The notes: generated by a model not told the origin, from the letters alone. DNA of 60,025 bases from an uncultured Candidatus Poseidoniales archaeon (GCA_000246735.1 CM001443.1:325278-385302); one strand, 5' to 3'; numbered from the stretch's first letter, positions 45,549-54,523 are shown. Numbers and translations are program-made.

Positions 45549-48480
45549 GGACATCGTCGCATGTTCCTCTGTCGAAGTGGCCAATGATGCGTTCAAGTGC
45601 CGTGGCCTCAACGGGACCGTTGACTATCACAGTGCCTCGTTCCTCGTTCCTCCGGGTGTTAACGGCACCTTCTACTACGCCGTGACCACAACGCTCGGTG
45701 ATGGTACCGAGTGGCTTGATTTGGACGAAAACGCTTCGGTTCTTCACACTCCAGTGCAAGAAACCACAACGCCGATTCGCACACCGTACAACCTTGTGGC
45801 TACGTTCGACCCAGAACAAAGCATCACGACCTTGGCTTGGGTCAATTACAACGACATCTTCCCAATTCTTCCGGAAACGGGGGATGACGCCTATCAAATT
45901 CATATCTGGCGAACCGATTACCCAATCACCCGAGCAAATGGTGCAGACTTGCTCAGCACGAGCCAGCCAGTTGCGACCTATCCAGCTGGGACCTCCTCAG
46001 TCGATTTGGTGATTCCAACCAGCACTGACCGCAGTGCGTACTACGCAGTGACCTACTTTTTGCCAAACTGGACGGCTCCTGGTGAAGACTACGAAGATGT
46101 TCGGTTCCTCTCGAACAACGCCCTTGATGATGCCTTGCTCGAAGACAACATGCCTCCTTCCCAAGTGAGTGCTATGTATGCTGAATTCATTCCAAACGCA
46201 AACTCTGGAGGCGGAACGACCACCGTTTCATGGACTGATGTGCCTGATGAGTCTGGAGAATCGTACCGTATTTACATGTCAGGAAATCCATTCAACAGTA
46301 TTTTGAGCCCCAGCGTTCAATTGATTGCGACCGTGTCAGAGGGTGTTGGATCCTTTGATTATGAAGTTCCAATCGGCCGCCTTGGTTATGCGAATTACTG
46401 CATTGTGACCATCGATTTGTTTGGTGTATTCAGTCCTAACACCACGGTGAACTCATGCGCTGGGCCTCTTTTCGAAGATGCATTCACTCCATGGGTTGCT
46501 GAACCTACTCAAGTTCATGCCGAGTTTGTCGGTGAGCGAATCACTCGAGTCACCTGGCAAGACCAGCTTGGCGTCGAAGGTGAGCGATACCACATCTGGC
46601 GCTCCAACTTCCGTGTTACTGGCGCTGAATTCGTTGCCAACCAATCCATGGAATGGCTCGGCTCAGTCAGCGATGGTGTCGGTACATTCGATGTTCTTCT
46701 TGATGTCAACCTCCTTCGTGACAACGCCCACTACTATGTCACAACAGAAGCACTGTACGGCCACATCAACGGGACCTACATGGACACTCGATTGAATCAG
46801 AATCATTTCGGTCCGATTTCAGAAGACACCCGCGCACCAAATCCAGCGAGAATAAAGGAAGCATCCTCGCTTGGTGCCCTCGAACAAATCACCCTCGAAT
46901 GGTTCAACGAACCCGATTTCAACGAAGGGTACGAAATTTGGCGACACTACGGAGCACCGTTCGGTGAAAACGAAGACCAAATCGGCAACATCGCCGACCA
47001 AGGTTGGGAGTTCGTCCTTGGTGATATTTCGCCTGGTGAAAGCACCGCAAGCACTCTTGTTCGTCAACTTCCAATCCCTTCCGGCGTCGATCGAGACGTG
47101 TGGTATGCTGTCATCATCGAAGACCAATGGGGCAATCAGAATCCAGAGATGTTCAATGGTATTGGTGGAAACGCTGTGAAAATCAATGAGGACACGAAGT
47201 TCCCAGTGGCCACCATGATGCTTCTCGATGATGCAGGCTCCGCGTTCCTAAGCCCCTCGTTGGTTTCAGGCACCTACGTGCTCCAGATGGAGATTGATGA
47301 ATACCTGCAAGGCAACCCTTCAGTGAACATCACCACATTGGCTGGCGGTGATATCTCGGGCGGTGATATCGAAATGAACATGATTGCGGACAACAACAAC
47401 GATCCAGACCGCGGTCCAGTCTATGCCTTCGAATTCTTTGTCAGCCAGAACACCATTGCTGGTGAAATGTTGATTGAACTCATTATGGAAGACGAATCTG
47501 GCAACCTCATCAGCCAAACATGGAGCGACCGTGCTGTGGATGCAATGCGACCAACCGTGGAGATTTATGCCCCATCTTCCGGCAACGATGGTTCGAAATA
47601 CCTCTATGGGAATTCAATCCAACTTCTGGCAGGCGCAACCGATGACGTTATGATCACGTCGTTCCAATACAAATTCACGTACAATTACGGAACTGGCAAC
47701 TCGCAATCCACTCCATGGTCTGAATCAACCTATGTGACCGATCTTGAAGGCGACAACCGCTCGATGGTGCTCGACATGGAGTTCTCCGCAGGAAACTTTG
47801 AGCCAGGCCAACATGCTGTTTATGTTCGTGCGGTTGACTCCGCAGGAAATGAAGTGTCGAAGAACGTCGTGTTTGTCGTTGACCAATGTCGAAACCGACT
47901 CGACGGCACAACATCGTGCAACTATGTAGAATCCCTTCAGCCAGAACCTGAACCAATCACCATCAAGCCATCGATGTCCGACCCACCGTATGTGTTGGTC
48001 TGGGTTCTCATTGGTGTCTTTGTCATGTCGCTAATCGTCATGGCACTCATCCTCAAAACAAGCATGTCTGGTCCTAAGAAGAAGAAGTCGAAGGGTGATG
48101 ATGATGAAGAGGATGATGACTGGATGTCTGAATTTATCGGTACTTCACAAGAACTCGACATGGGTGCAGTCACTGACACAAGTGGCGGCGAAAAGAAGGA
48201 AGAGGAGAAGAAAGAATCTGCTCCTGTCGAGCAAAAGGAGGAAGAAGATCCGTTTGCCGTCAACGTCGTTCAGCGAAAGACTCGCGGTAAGAAGGCGGTT
48301 GTTGATCTTCCAGAAGATGACGACGACGACGATGATGATATGTTCAACTGGAATGACGATGAAGATGAGGAGGAAGAAGAACCTGCTCCAGTCGCAAAGA
48401 AGCGAACAGTCGGCCGCCGTGCAGCCCCTCGTAAGGCTCCAACCCGCCGAAAGGTTGGTCGTAGCAAAAAGGATGATTGA
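45442..48480 (+). CDS. Large surface protein (FN3-like repeats), single C-terminal TM, hyper-charged cytoplasmic tail
   Basis: Repeated modules (ITTLAWVNYND...YQIHIWRTDYPIT, TTVSWTDVPDESGESYRIYMSG, VTWQDQLGVEGERYHIWRSN, ITLEWFNEPDFNEGYEIWRH). TM is PPYVLVWVLIGVFVMSLIVMALIL. K/E/D-rich tail includes 8 consecutive Asp codons (48316-48339). It has no signal peptide of its own. Confidence 0.75.
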   Translation: MMVQSFQASFQQHTASTDPQPQSPRLSIGQLTPFVEDIVACSSVEVANDAFKCRGLNGTVDYHSASFLVPPGVNGTFYYAVTTTLGDGTEWLDLDENASVLHTPVQETTTPIRTPYNLVATFDPEQSITTLAWVNYNDIFPILPETGDDAYQIHIWRTDYPITRANGADLLSTSQPVATYPAGTSSVDLVIPTSTDRSAYYAVTYFLPNWTAPGEDYEDVRFLSNNALDDALLEDNMPPSQVSAMYAEFIPNANSGGGTTTVSWTDVPDESGESYRIYMSGNPFNSILSPSVQLIATVSEGVGSFDYEVPIGRLGYANYCIVTIDLFGVFSPNTTVNSCAGPLFEDAFTPWVAEPTQVHAEFVGERITRVTWQDQLGVEGERYHIWRSNFRVTGAEFVANQSMEWLGSVSDGVGTFDVLLDVNLLRDNAHYYVTTEALYGHINGTYMDTRLNQNHFGPISEDTRAPNPARIKEASSLGALEQITLEWFNEPDFNEGYEIWRHYGAPFGENEDQIGNIADQGWEFVLGDISPGESTASTLVRQLPIPSGVDRDVWYAVIIEDQWGNQNPEMFNGIGGNAVKINEDTKFPVATMMLLDDAGSAFLSPSLVSGTYVLQMEIDEYLQGNPSVNITTLAGGDISGGDIEMNMIADNNNDPDRGPVYAFEFFVSQNTIAGEMLIELIMEDESGNLISQTWSDRAVDAMRPTVEIYAPSSGNDGSKYLYGNSIQLLAGATDDVMITSFQYKFTYNYGTGNSQSTPWSESTYVTDLEGDNRSMVLDMEFSAGNFEPGQHAVYVRAVDSAGNEVSKNVVFVVDQCRNRLDGTTSCNYVESLQPEPEPITIKPSMSDPPYVLVWVLIGVFVMSLIVMALILKTSMSGPKKKKSKGDDDEEDDDWMSEFIGTSQELDMGAVTDTSGGEKKEEEKKESAPVEQKEEEDPFAVNVVQRKTRGKKAVVDLPEDDDDDDDDMFNWNDDEDEEEEEPAPVAKKRTVGRRAAPRKAPTRRKVGRSKKDD

Positions 48481-48531
48481 TGCAATCCCACAAGCGGTGC
48501 ACTCAAGGTCTCACGCTGGCTGCAACCGTGT

Positions 48532-49704
48532 ATGGGCGAGAATCCTGCTCCCACCGAGGACAGCATGGAAGAACTTTCTGAACACATCGAGGAAGCCTTT
48601 GAGCATCTTCTTGATTCAGTGAATCCGATGAAAAATAAGCTCAACTGGCTGTTATTAGCACTCCCAGTTGCTCTGTTCATGAATCAGCAACACAACATCG
48701 GTCTTGCCTTTGTCTTCTCCATGGTGGCCATTATGCCACTCGCATTCCTCATGGGGAAAGCCACGGAAGAGATCGCCCTTCGAACCGGGGAGACGGTCGG
48801 GGGCTTGCTCAATGCCACCTTCGGAAATGCGGTCGAGATGATTATCGCTGGGCTTGCACTGTACGCTGCGTCAAAATCAGTCGATCCAGATACAATCGAG
48901 ACAATGATCACAGTCACCCAAGCCTCCCTCATCGGCTCTATTCTTGGCAATCTATTGTTGGTGCTTGGTTTGGCAATGGTTTGGGGTGGTGTGAATCACA
49001 AAGTTCAGCACTTCAAGCACGAGTCAGGTCAAATGAATGGCTCCTTGTTGCTGCTTGCTATTGTTGCGTTCATCACTCCCAGCGCCGTTCATATGGCGGG
49101 CGGTGACCCAAGCGCCATCAAAGATCTCTCGCATTTTGTTGCGCTCATTATGCTCGCTATCTATGGATTGGCTCTTCTCTTCCAATTGAAAACCCACGTT
49201 GATGTTTTTGCAGTTGAAGCAGGCCATGGAACCCACGAACATCCTTCCATGAGCATCAAAGATGCTTGGGTGTTGCTCATTCTTTCCACAGCCCTTGTCG
49301 GTTGGATGGCACACATTTTGGTTCACAATCTTGAGGATGCAGTCCATGAATTTGGTATTCCAGAACTGTTCGTTGGCGTGATTCTGCTTCCGTTCTTTGG
49401 CAACGCAGCAGAGCATTTTGCTGCGGTCATTGTTGCTGGAAAAGACAAGATGGATTTGGCTATTGCCATCGCAATTGGTTCAAGCGTCCAGATTGCTTTG
49501 TTCGTTGCACCCGTGATGGTCATTCTTGGATGGTTACTCGGCGTCCCTCTCACGCTTGAATTCGGAATTCTTGAAACCGCAGCAACGTTCATCTCAGTTC
49601 TTGTTGCCAATTCAATCCTCTCAGATGGAAAAACGAACTGGCTTGAAGGCACCATGCTGCTCGGCAGTTACATTATTCTTGGAGCGGCATTCTTCTTGAT
49701 TTGA
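48532..49704 (+). CDS. Ca2+/H+ antiporter (CaCA family, CAX/ChaA type)
   Basis: Alpha-repeat motifs GNAVEMIIA and GNAAEHFAAV. About 11 TM helices. Confidence 0.9.
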   Translation: MGENPAPTEDSMEELSEHIEEAFEHLLDSVNPMKNKLNWLLLALPVALFMNQQHNIGLAFVFSMVAIMPLAFLMGKATEEIALRTGETVGGLLNATFGNAVEMIIAGLALYAASKSVDPDTIETMITVTQASLIGSILGNLLLVLGLAMVWGGVNHKVQHFKHESGQMNGSLLLLAIVAFITPSAVHMAGGDPSAIKDLSHFVALIMLAIYGLALLFQLKTHVDVFAVEAGHGTHEHPSMSIKDAWVLLILSTALVGWMAHILVHNLEDAVHEFGIPELFVGVILLPFFGNAAEHFAAVIVAGKDKMDLAIAIAIGSSVQIALFVAPVMVILGWLLGVPLTLEFGILETAATFISVLVANSILSDGKTNWLEGTMLLGSYIILGAAFFLI

Positions 49705-49714
49705 GCGAGGTGGA

Positions 49715-50257
49715 ATGATGAAGAAGACCGGTTTTGTATTGATCGCCATCTCGACCCTGCTGCTCCTTGGCGGCACAGTTGGTTACACAATGGAAGGGGC
49801 TGTTGATGATGTGCCAACGCCGAATGTCCAAGGCATGGTGTTCTTCTCAGACGACCCTCTTCCGGGCAATCCAGCCTCGCTCATCATCAACGCCGATACA
49901 ACCATCACATGGGATCGAGAGGATATTTTCTTGGTCATCGCTGATGGTGGTAAGAAAAAGCAATGTGATGACATCGCAAAGAACGGTGGGGCACTTGGTG
50001 GATTCGACACCACAAGCAAGACCTGTACATACGGCGATGCAGGCTATGTTGCTGCAGGCGACAAAGGCGACACCGGCGTCGACTGGCGCGTTGAATCAGG
50101 GGATTTCTACGCAGGCATTGGAACAAAAGAGGGGTTGCTCCCAGAAGGGACGGAATTGAATTTGAATTATTCAGTTGATCTCAAACTTAGCGCCACGGGG
50201 TACATGTTCCTCATCATCGCTGAAGGTGCAGGTGTTCTGCTGTTCCGCCAGAAATGA
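49715..50257 (+). CDS. Hypothetical protein anchored by N- and C-terminal TM helices
   Basis: FVLIAISTLLLLGGTV and YMFLIIAEGAGVLLF flank a beta-rich domain. Lies 10 nt after the antiporter gene. Confidence 0.5.
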   Translation: MMKKTGFVLIAISTLLLLGGTVGYTMEGAVDDVPTPNVQGMVFFSDDPLPGNPASLIINADTTITWDREDIFLVIADGGKKKQCDDIAKNGGALGGFDTTSKTCTYGDAGYVAAGDKGDTGVDWRVESGDFYAGIGTKEGLLPEGTELNLNYSVDLKLSATGYMFLIIAEGAGVLLFRQK

Positions 50258-50260
50258 GGC

Positions 50261-51520
50261 TTATTCAACGCCATCATAGTACGTCTGAACAGCCTCATCG
50301 AGCGCCATCCAGGATTGCCGCTCATCGAGTGAATGTGTTGTTCCATCGAACCGCAACGCTTCGCCACCGACCCAAAGGTCGAGGCATGTGGCTCCGTTGA
50401 ACAAGAGGTTCGTAATATGGCGATTGTTTGAACGGCCAACGGGGCGCATGCGAACGTCATCGATGTCCCAAACCGCCCAGTCTTGGCTTCCCTTTGTTGC
50501 CATTTGGAAGGCATCATTTGCCGTCATCAACGTCGGGTCCCAGTGATCGTGGCGTTGAACCAAGGCGGCCAATCGTGCTTCTGCTAGCAAGTTAAGTCCG
50601 CTTCCAGAAGAGGCTGCCCCGTCGGTTCCGAGGCGAACATCGACACCAGCCTCATTGAACGCAGGAAGTGAAAGGGTTCCACCGCATGCGAGTTTCATGT
50701 TTGACGAAGGGCAATGGACTGCTGTGGCTTGGTGCTTTGCCAACATTCGAATTTCGTTTTTCTTCACCCATGAGGCGTGAGCACAAATGGTTCCAGGCTG
50801 AAAGAAATCGATGCTGTCCAAGTATTCGACAGGGTACATTCCAGTTTTGTCATGGCAATCTGCGATCTCTTTTCGAGTTTCACTGACGTGAATGTGGAGG
50901 CGGGCGTTTCGCTTTTCAGCAAGTTCCGAAGCCCTTCGCAACGTGTCTTCGCTGCACAAGTACACTGAATGGGTCGCGATGGCGTATTGAATCCTGTCAA
51001 GAGGTGATTGGTTCTTGAGCATGGAGTCAAGTTCCTCAAGCGCCGAGGCCGCATCGTCATGTGAAGGAAGTGCAGCGTCACTGACAGGGCCTCCAATCAA
51101 GCCACGAAGACCAGCGTCTTCGAGGACTTGACCCGTGATAGCTGGATAAAAGTACATGTCTGCAGCGAAGGAGGTGCCCGTTTTGATCATTTCAGCAGCA
51201 GCGGCCTGTGCCCCAATGCGAACAAATTCTGGTGTGATTTTTGCTTCGGTAGGAAAGATGGCTTCGTTGAGCCATCGGTGAAGCGGAAACCCATCGCTGA
51301 AGTCCCTCGCGTTCAGTTGCATGGCCAAATGGGTGTGCCAGTTTTGCAGGCTTCGAGTGATGAGGCGATTGGAACCGTCAACATCCTGTTTGACGTCTTC
51401 ATCTCCGTTCGAGTTGGCCCATGAACCGTCTTCGAGCAGCAACACATCGCCGGTGTGCTTCTTGCCAAGTTCATCGATAAGGACGGTGTTGCGATACCTC
51501 ACCGTACCATCGTCGCCCAT
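50261..51520 (-). CDS. Amidohydrolase-superfamily deaminase (MTA/SAH deaminase MtaD-like, TRZ/ATZ family)
   Basis: NWHTHLAM (HxH), HIHVSET, AVHCPSSNMKLA and LGTDGAASS. Confidence 0.8.
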   Translation of the reverse strand: MGDDGTVRYRNTVLIDELGKKHTGDVLLLEDGSWANSNGDEDVKQDVDGSNRLITRSLQNWHTHLAMQLNARDFSDGFPLHRWLNEAIFPTEAKITPEFVRIGAQAAAAEMIKTGTSFAADMYFYPAITGQVLEDAGLRGLIGGPVSDAALPSHDDAASALEELDSMLKNQSPLDRIQYAIATHSVYLCSEDTLRRASELAEKRNARLHIHVSETRKEIADCHDKTGMYPVEYLDSIDFFQPGTICAHASWVKKNEIRMLAKHQATAVHCPSSNMKLACGGTLSLPAFNEAGVDVRLGTDGAASSGSGLNLLAEARLAALVQRHDHWDPTLMTANDAFQMATKGSQDWAVWDIDDVRMRPVGRSNNRHITNLLFNGATCLDLWVGGEALRFDGTTHSLDERQSWMALDEAVQTYYDGVE

Positions 51521-51603
51521 GGATGATGGTGGTGCCCCCCCCTCATCAACGCTGGGTTCTCAACCGTGTTGCTTATGTTCACGAGCCACCGCCCGTGACA
51601 TGC

Positions 51604-51676
51604 GCCACTGTGGCTTAGCTGGTATAGCACCTGATTCGTAATCAGGAGGTCGGGAGTTCGAACCTCCCCAGTGGCT
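51604..51676 (+). tRNA. tRNA-Thr (anticodon CGT)
   Basis: Acceptor GCCACTG/CAGTGGC, anticodon arm CCTGA-TTCGTAA-TCAGG, T-arm GGGAG-TTCGAAC-CTCCC. No encoded CCA. Confidence 0.9.
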
Positions 51677-51681
51677 CCTTC

Positions 51682-52977
51682 TCAACGCGTGTTAATCGTC
51701 GATTCCGATTGCATTGAGAACGCCTTAGCGCTTGCTTCAAGGCTTGCAACTGCTGGTAGACTTCGGCCTGATATGTAGTCGAGGCAAGCCCCCCCACCTG
51801 TCGAGACGTGACCCATCTTGGAGGCGAGATTACGCTTCATGATCAAGGTCGCAGTGTGGCCTCCGCCGACAACAACATAGGCATTCGATTCTGCACATGC
51901 GTTCAGCATCTCAATTGTTCCAAGAGCGAAATCAGGCAACTCAAAGACGCCGGCAGGACCGTTGAGGTGGACCGTTCCAGCCTGTTTGATGGCCACGGAG
52001 AGGTTTCGAACGGATTGAATGCCCAAATCAAAGATTGGTGCAGAAATTGGAAGTTGTTCGACGGTAAGATCAACTCGGTTGTCTTCGACGTTGGCAGCCA
52101 CATCCACAGGCAAGCGAATCTTTTCTGGGAAATCGAGCAAGAGTGACTTGGCTTTCTCCACGGTCGGGTTCCATTGCTTCCCCAGTTCTCCGACAAGGAA
52201 GTCATGGTTTACGAGGCCAATCTCATGGCCCGCCAACTCGAGCATCAAGTTCGCAACACCTCCTGTGACCCACACTTCATCGCAGATGTTGTTTCGAAGC
52301 ATGTTGTCGGCGACAGCGATTGAGTCGTCCACCTTGACCCCACCAAGCACGGCGATGCATGGCCTAGCAGGGCTCTCGAGTGCTTGGTCTAATTTACGAA
52401 TTTCATTGGCCATGAGTTCGCCAGCAACGCACGGTATGAGGTTGGTGAACCCAACACCCGAGGGGGTGGCTCGGTGTGCGCAAGCAAATGCGTCATAGAC
52501 GTAGAGGTCAGCGACGCTGGCCAGTTTTTGGACCATCTGCGTTTCTGCCATGGTGTCTATGGTGCCTTTTGTATGGATTTCTTCATCATACATCCGAACG
52601 TTGTTGAGCATCAAAATATCACCGATTTCAAGGTTCTCAATGGCGGCCATCGCCTTGTCTCCTGCGAGGTCCTCAACCCATTTCACAGGCCGTCCGATGA
52701 TCCGTCCAAGTTCACGAGAATGACCAAGGGTGCTTGTGAAGTCCTTCTTCCCCGGCCTTGATTGGTGGGCAAGAAGCACCACCTTGGCTTTTGAAAGTCG
52801 GTTGAGGGTTGGTACAATGGCTTTGATCCGTGTATCGTCCAAGAAAGATTGGTCGGGCGCCATCGGGGAATTAACATCGACTCGAACGATGACAGTGCGC
52901 CCTTCTACGTTGACATGCCCGAGGGTGAGAACACTCGCCATCAGTCTGTCCAAGTGCCGTCGGTTTTTCATCCCCAC
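51682..52977 (-). CDS. pgk: Phosphoglycerate kinase, archaeal type
   Basis: VIVRVDVNSP, LLAHQSRPG, AFACAHRA, LGGVKV and VVGGGHT. An alternative start (MASVLTLG) is at 52941. Confidence 0.9.
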   Translation of the reverse strand: MGMKNRRHLDRLMASVLTLGHVNVEGRTVIVRVDVNSPMAPDQSFLDDTRIKAIVPTLNRLSKAKVVLLAHQSRPGKKDFTSTLGHSRELGRIIGRPVKWVEDLAGDKAMAAIENLEIGDILMLNNVRMYDEEIHTKGTIDTMAETQMVQKLASVADLYVYDAFACAHRATPSGVGFTNLIPCVAGELMANEIRKLDQALESPARPCIAVLGGVKVDDSIAVADNMLRNNICDEVWVTGGVANLMLELAGHEIGLVNHDFLVGELGKQWNPTVEKAKSLLLDFPEKIRLPVDVAANVEDNRVDLTVEQLPISAPIFDLGIQSVRNLSVAIKQAGTVHLNGPAGVFELPDFALGTIEMLNACAESNAYVVVGGGHTATLIMKRNLASKMGHVSTGGGACLDYISGRSLPAVASLEASAKAFSMQSESTINTR

Positions 52978-53084
52978 GCATCAAGTCAGTATTTGTTGGG
53001 CATCGCTTTGCCCTCGCAAACCGCGCGTCTTCGGGTGGTTGCGGGGCCGAAAGGTGATAAAGCCGCGAACACCGCTTCCGAAGG

Positions 53085-54041
53085 ATGGCGCGCGAAGCAC
53101 CCGAAAGGGACACATCGATGGAGGGAGCACGGCGTCGCGCCAGCACCAGCACCTCTGCGTTTGGCGTCTCTCGCCGTGAAGGCCACGACGCTTCGACCTA
53201 CTACGGCAGCCGGGTCAACGAGGGCCTTGTCTCAAGCCGTGAGGTCGGTGAAGAGCAACCACTCCCACCTACCATGGCCAACAGCATCATTTCAGGTGAT
53301 TCAAGGAACCTTGACTTGCCAGATAATTGCGTTCACCTCGTGGTGACTTCCCCGCCTTACAACGCCAGCAAGGAATACGACGAAGATCTCTCGCTCGGGG
53401 AATACCTCAATCTCTTGCACGGTGTTTTTGCTGAGTGTTACAGGGTGCTTGCACCGGGAGGGCGAATGGTTGTCAATGTCGCCAACCTTGGTCGAAAGCC
53501 GTACATCCCTCTATCGAGTCACATCAACGTGATGATGGCCGAAATTGGCTTTTTGATGCGAGGCGAGATCATTTGGGACAAATCAGCAAGCGCAGGCTCT
53601 TCATGCGCATGGGGTTCATTCCAGAGTGCTAGCAACCCTTGCCTGCGTGATGTTCACGAATACCTCTTGGTGTTCTCAAAGGGCGACTACAAACTCAAGC
53701 GAGATAAGAAACAACGCGCTGAAGGGCGCATCGACACCATTCCTCGTGACGATTTTATCAAACATACGAAATCGATCTGGTCCTTTGCCACAGAGCGTGC
53801 ATCACGAGTCAATCATCCAGCTCCATTCCCCGTTGAACTACCAAAGCGGTGCATCGAAATGTACAGTTTCGTTGGCGATGTCGTTCTCGATCCGTTCAAT
53901 GGTTCGGGCACAACATGTGTTGCAGCAAAAGCCACTGGGCGAACCTACGTGGGTGTTGACCTCTCAGACTCATACTGCGAGATTGCACAGCAACGGCTTG
54001 AAGCCACTGAGGCATGGGTCGCACCCGAAGTACAGGTTTGA
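53085..54041 (+). CDS. Beta-class DNA methyltransferase (N6-adenine or N4-cytosine), no partner endonuclease seen
   Basis: Motif IV VVTSPPY precedes motif I VLDPFNGSGTT. N-terminal SAFGVSRREGHDASTYY resembles the conserved N-terminus of this MTase family. Confidence 0.85.
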   Translation: MAREAPERDTSMEGARRRASTSTSAFGVSRREGHDASTYYGSRVNEGLVSSREVGEEQPLPPTMANSIISGDSRNLDLPDNCVHLVVTSPPYNASKEYDEDLSLGEYLNLLHGVFAECYRVLAPGGRMVVNVANLGRKPYIPLSSHINVMMAEIGFLMRGEIIWDKSASAGSSCAWGSFQSASNPCLRDVHEYLLVFSKGDYKLKRDKKQRAEGRIDTIPRDDFIKHTKSIWSFATERASRVNHPAPFPVELPKRCIEMYSFVGDVVLDPFNGSGTTCVAAKATGRTYVGVDLSDSYCEIAQQRLEATEAWVAPEVQV

Positions 54042-54081
54042 ACCGTTTTCAGAGGTTGTCCCAAGGATTCTGAGCAGGCTG

Positions 54082-54256
54082 CTCAGAGATTGGAGGCGTG
54101 ATTTGTGGCTGTTGTGGTTGTTGTGCCTGTTGGGTAAGCGGAGGTGTGATTTGTGGCTGTTGTGGTTGCTGTGCCTGTTGGGGTTGTTGAGTCAGCGGAG
54201 GCGTGATTTGTGGTGCTGTGCCTGTTGGGGTTGTTGGGTAAGCGGAGGCGTGATTT
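54082..54256. repeat. Imperfect tandem repeat, 3.5 copies with units of 48, 57, 47 and 23 nt
   Basis: Each unit starts GGAGG(C/T)GTGATTTGTGG, at 54082, 54130, 54187 and 54234. On the minus strand the units read as PQITPPLTQQPQQAQ-type P/Q repeats. Confidence 0.85.
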
Positions 54257-54523
54257 GTGGTTGTTGTCCACCCATTTGCTGCATTGGTTGCCCATATCCT
54301 GCTGGAGGTTTTGGCCAACTGGCACCTGTGTTTGGACCGGGGCTTGGTAGACCGCTTGGCCAGGTAGCATTTGCCCGGTCGGCATCACGATGTTTTGCTT
54401 GGGGTCGTCAAGAACCAAGGCAAGAATGATGCCGAGAACAAGGAGAGGGACAGAGCAGCAGAACCCAAAGAAGCCACCGGCTCCGGCAACGATACCTCCG
54501 CCAATTGCTTCTTCGCACAGGGG
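54083..54523 (-). pseudogene. Possible displaced C-terminal part (TM helix plus low-complexity tail) of the 54385..54933 membrane protein
   Basis: An alternative minus frame reads PLCEEAIGGGIVAGAGGFFGFCCSVPLLVLGIILALVLDDPKQN... and stays open to 54083. It would join the upstream ORF at the C4 run (54520-54523 on the plus strand). Confidence 0.35.

Noticed and set aside
54082-54256. Could the tandem repeat be a small CRISPR array?
   Set aside because: The units are directly adjacent with no unique spacers. They are not palindromic, they vary in length internally, and no cas genes are present in the window.
53626-54429. 267-aa plus-strand ORF running from inside the methyltransferase gene through the tandem repeat (reads LWLLWLLCLLG repeatedly)
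   Set aside because: Its 5' half overlaps the well-supported methyltransferase frame. Its 3' half is simply the repeat read on the opposite strand. The Leu/Trp/Cys-rich low-complexity translation and the absence of motifs suggest a frame artefact of compositional bias.
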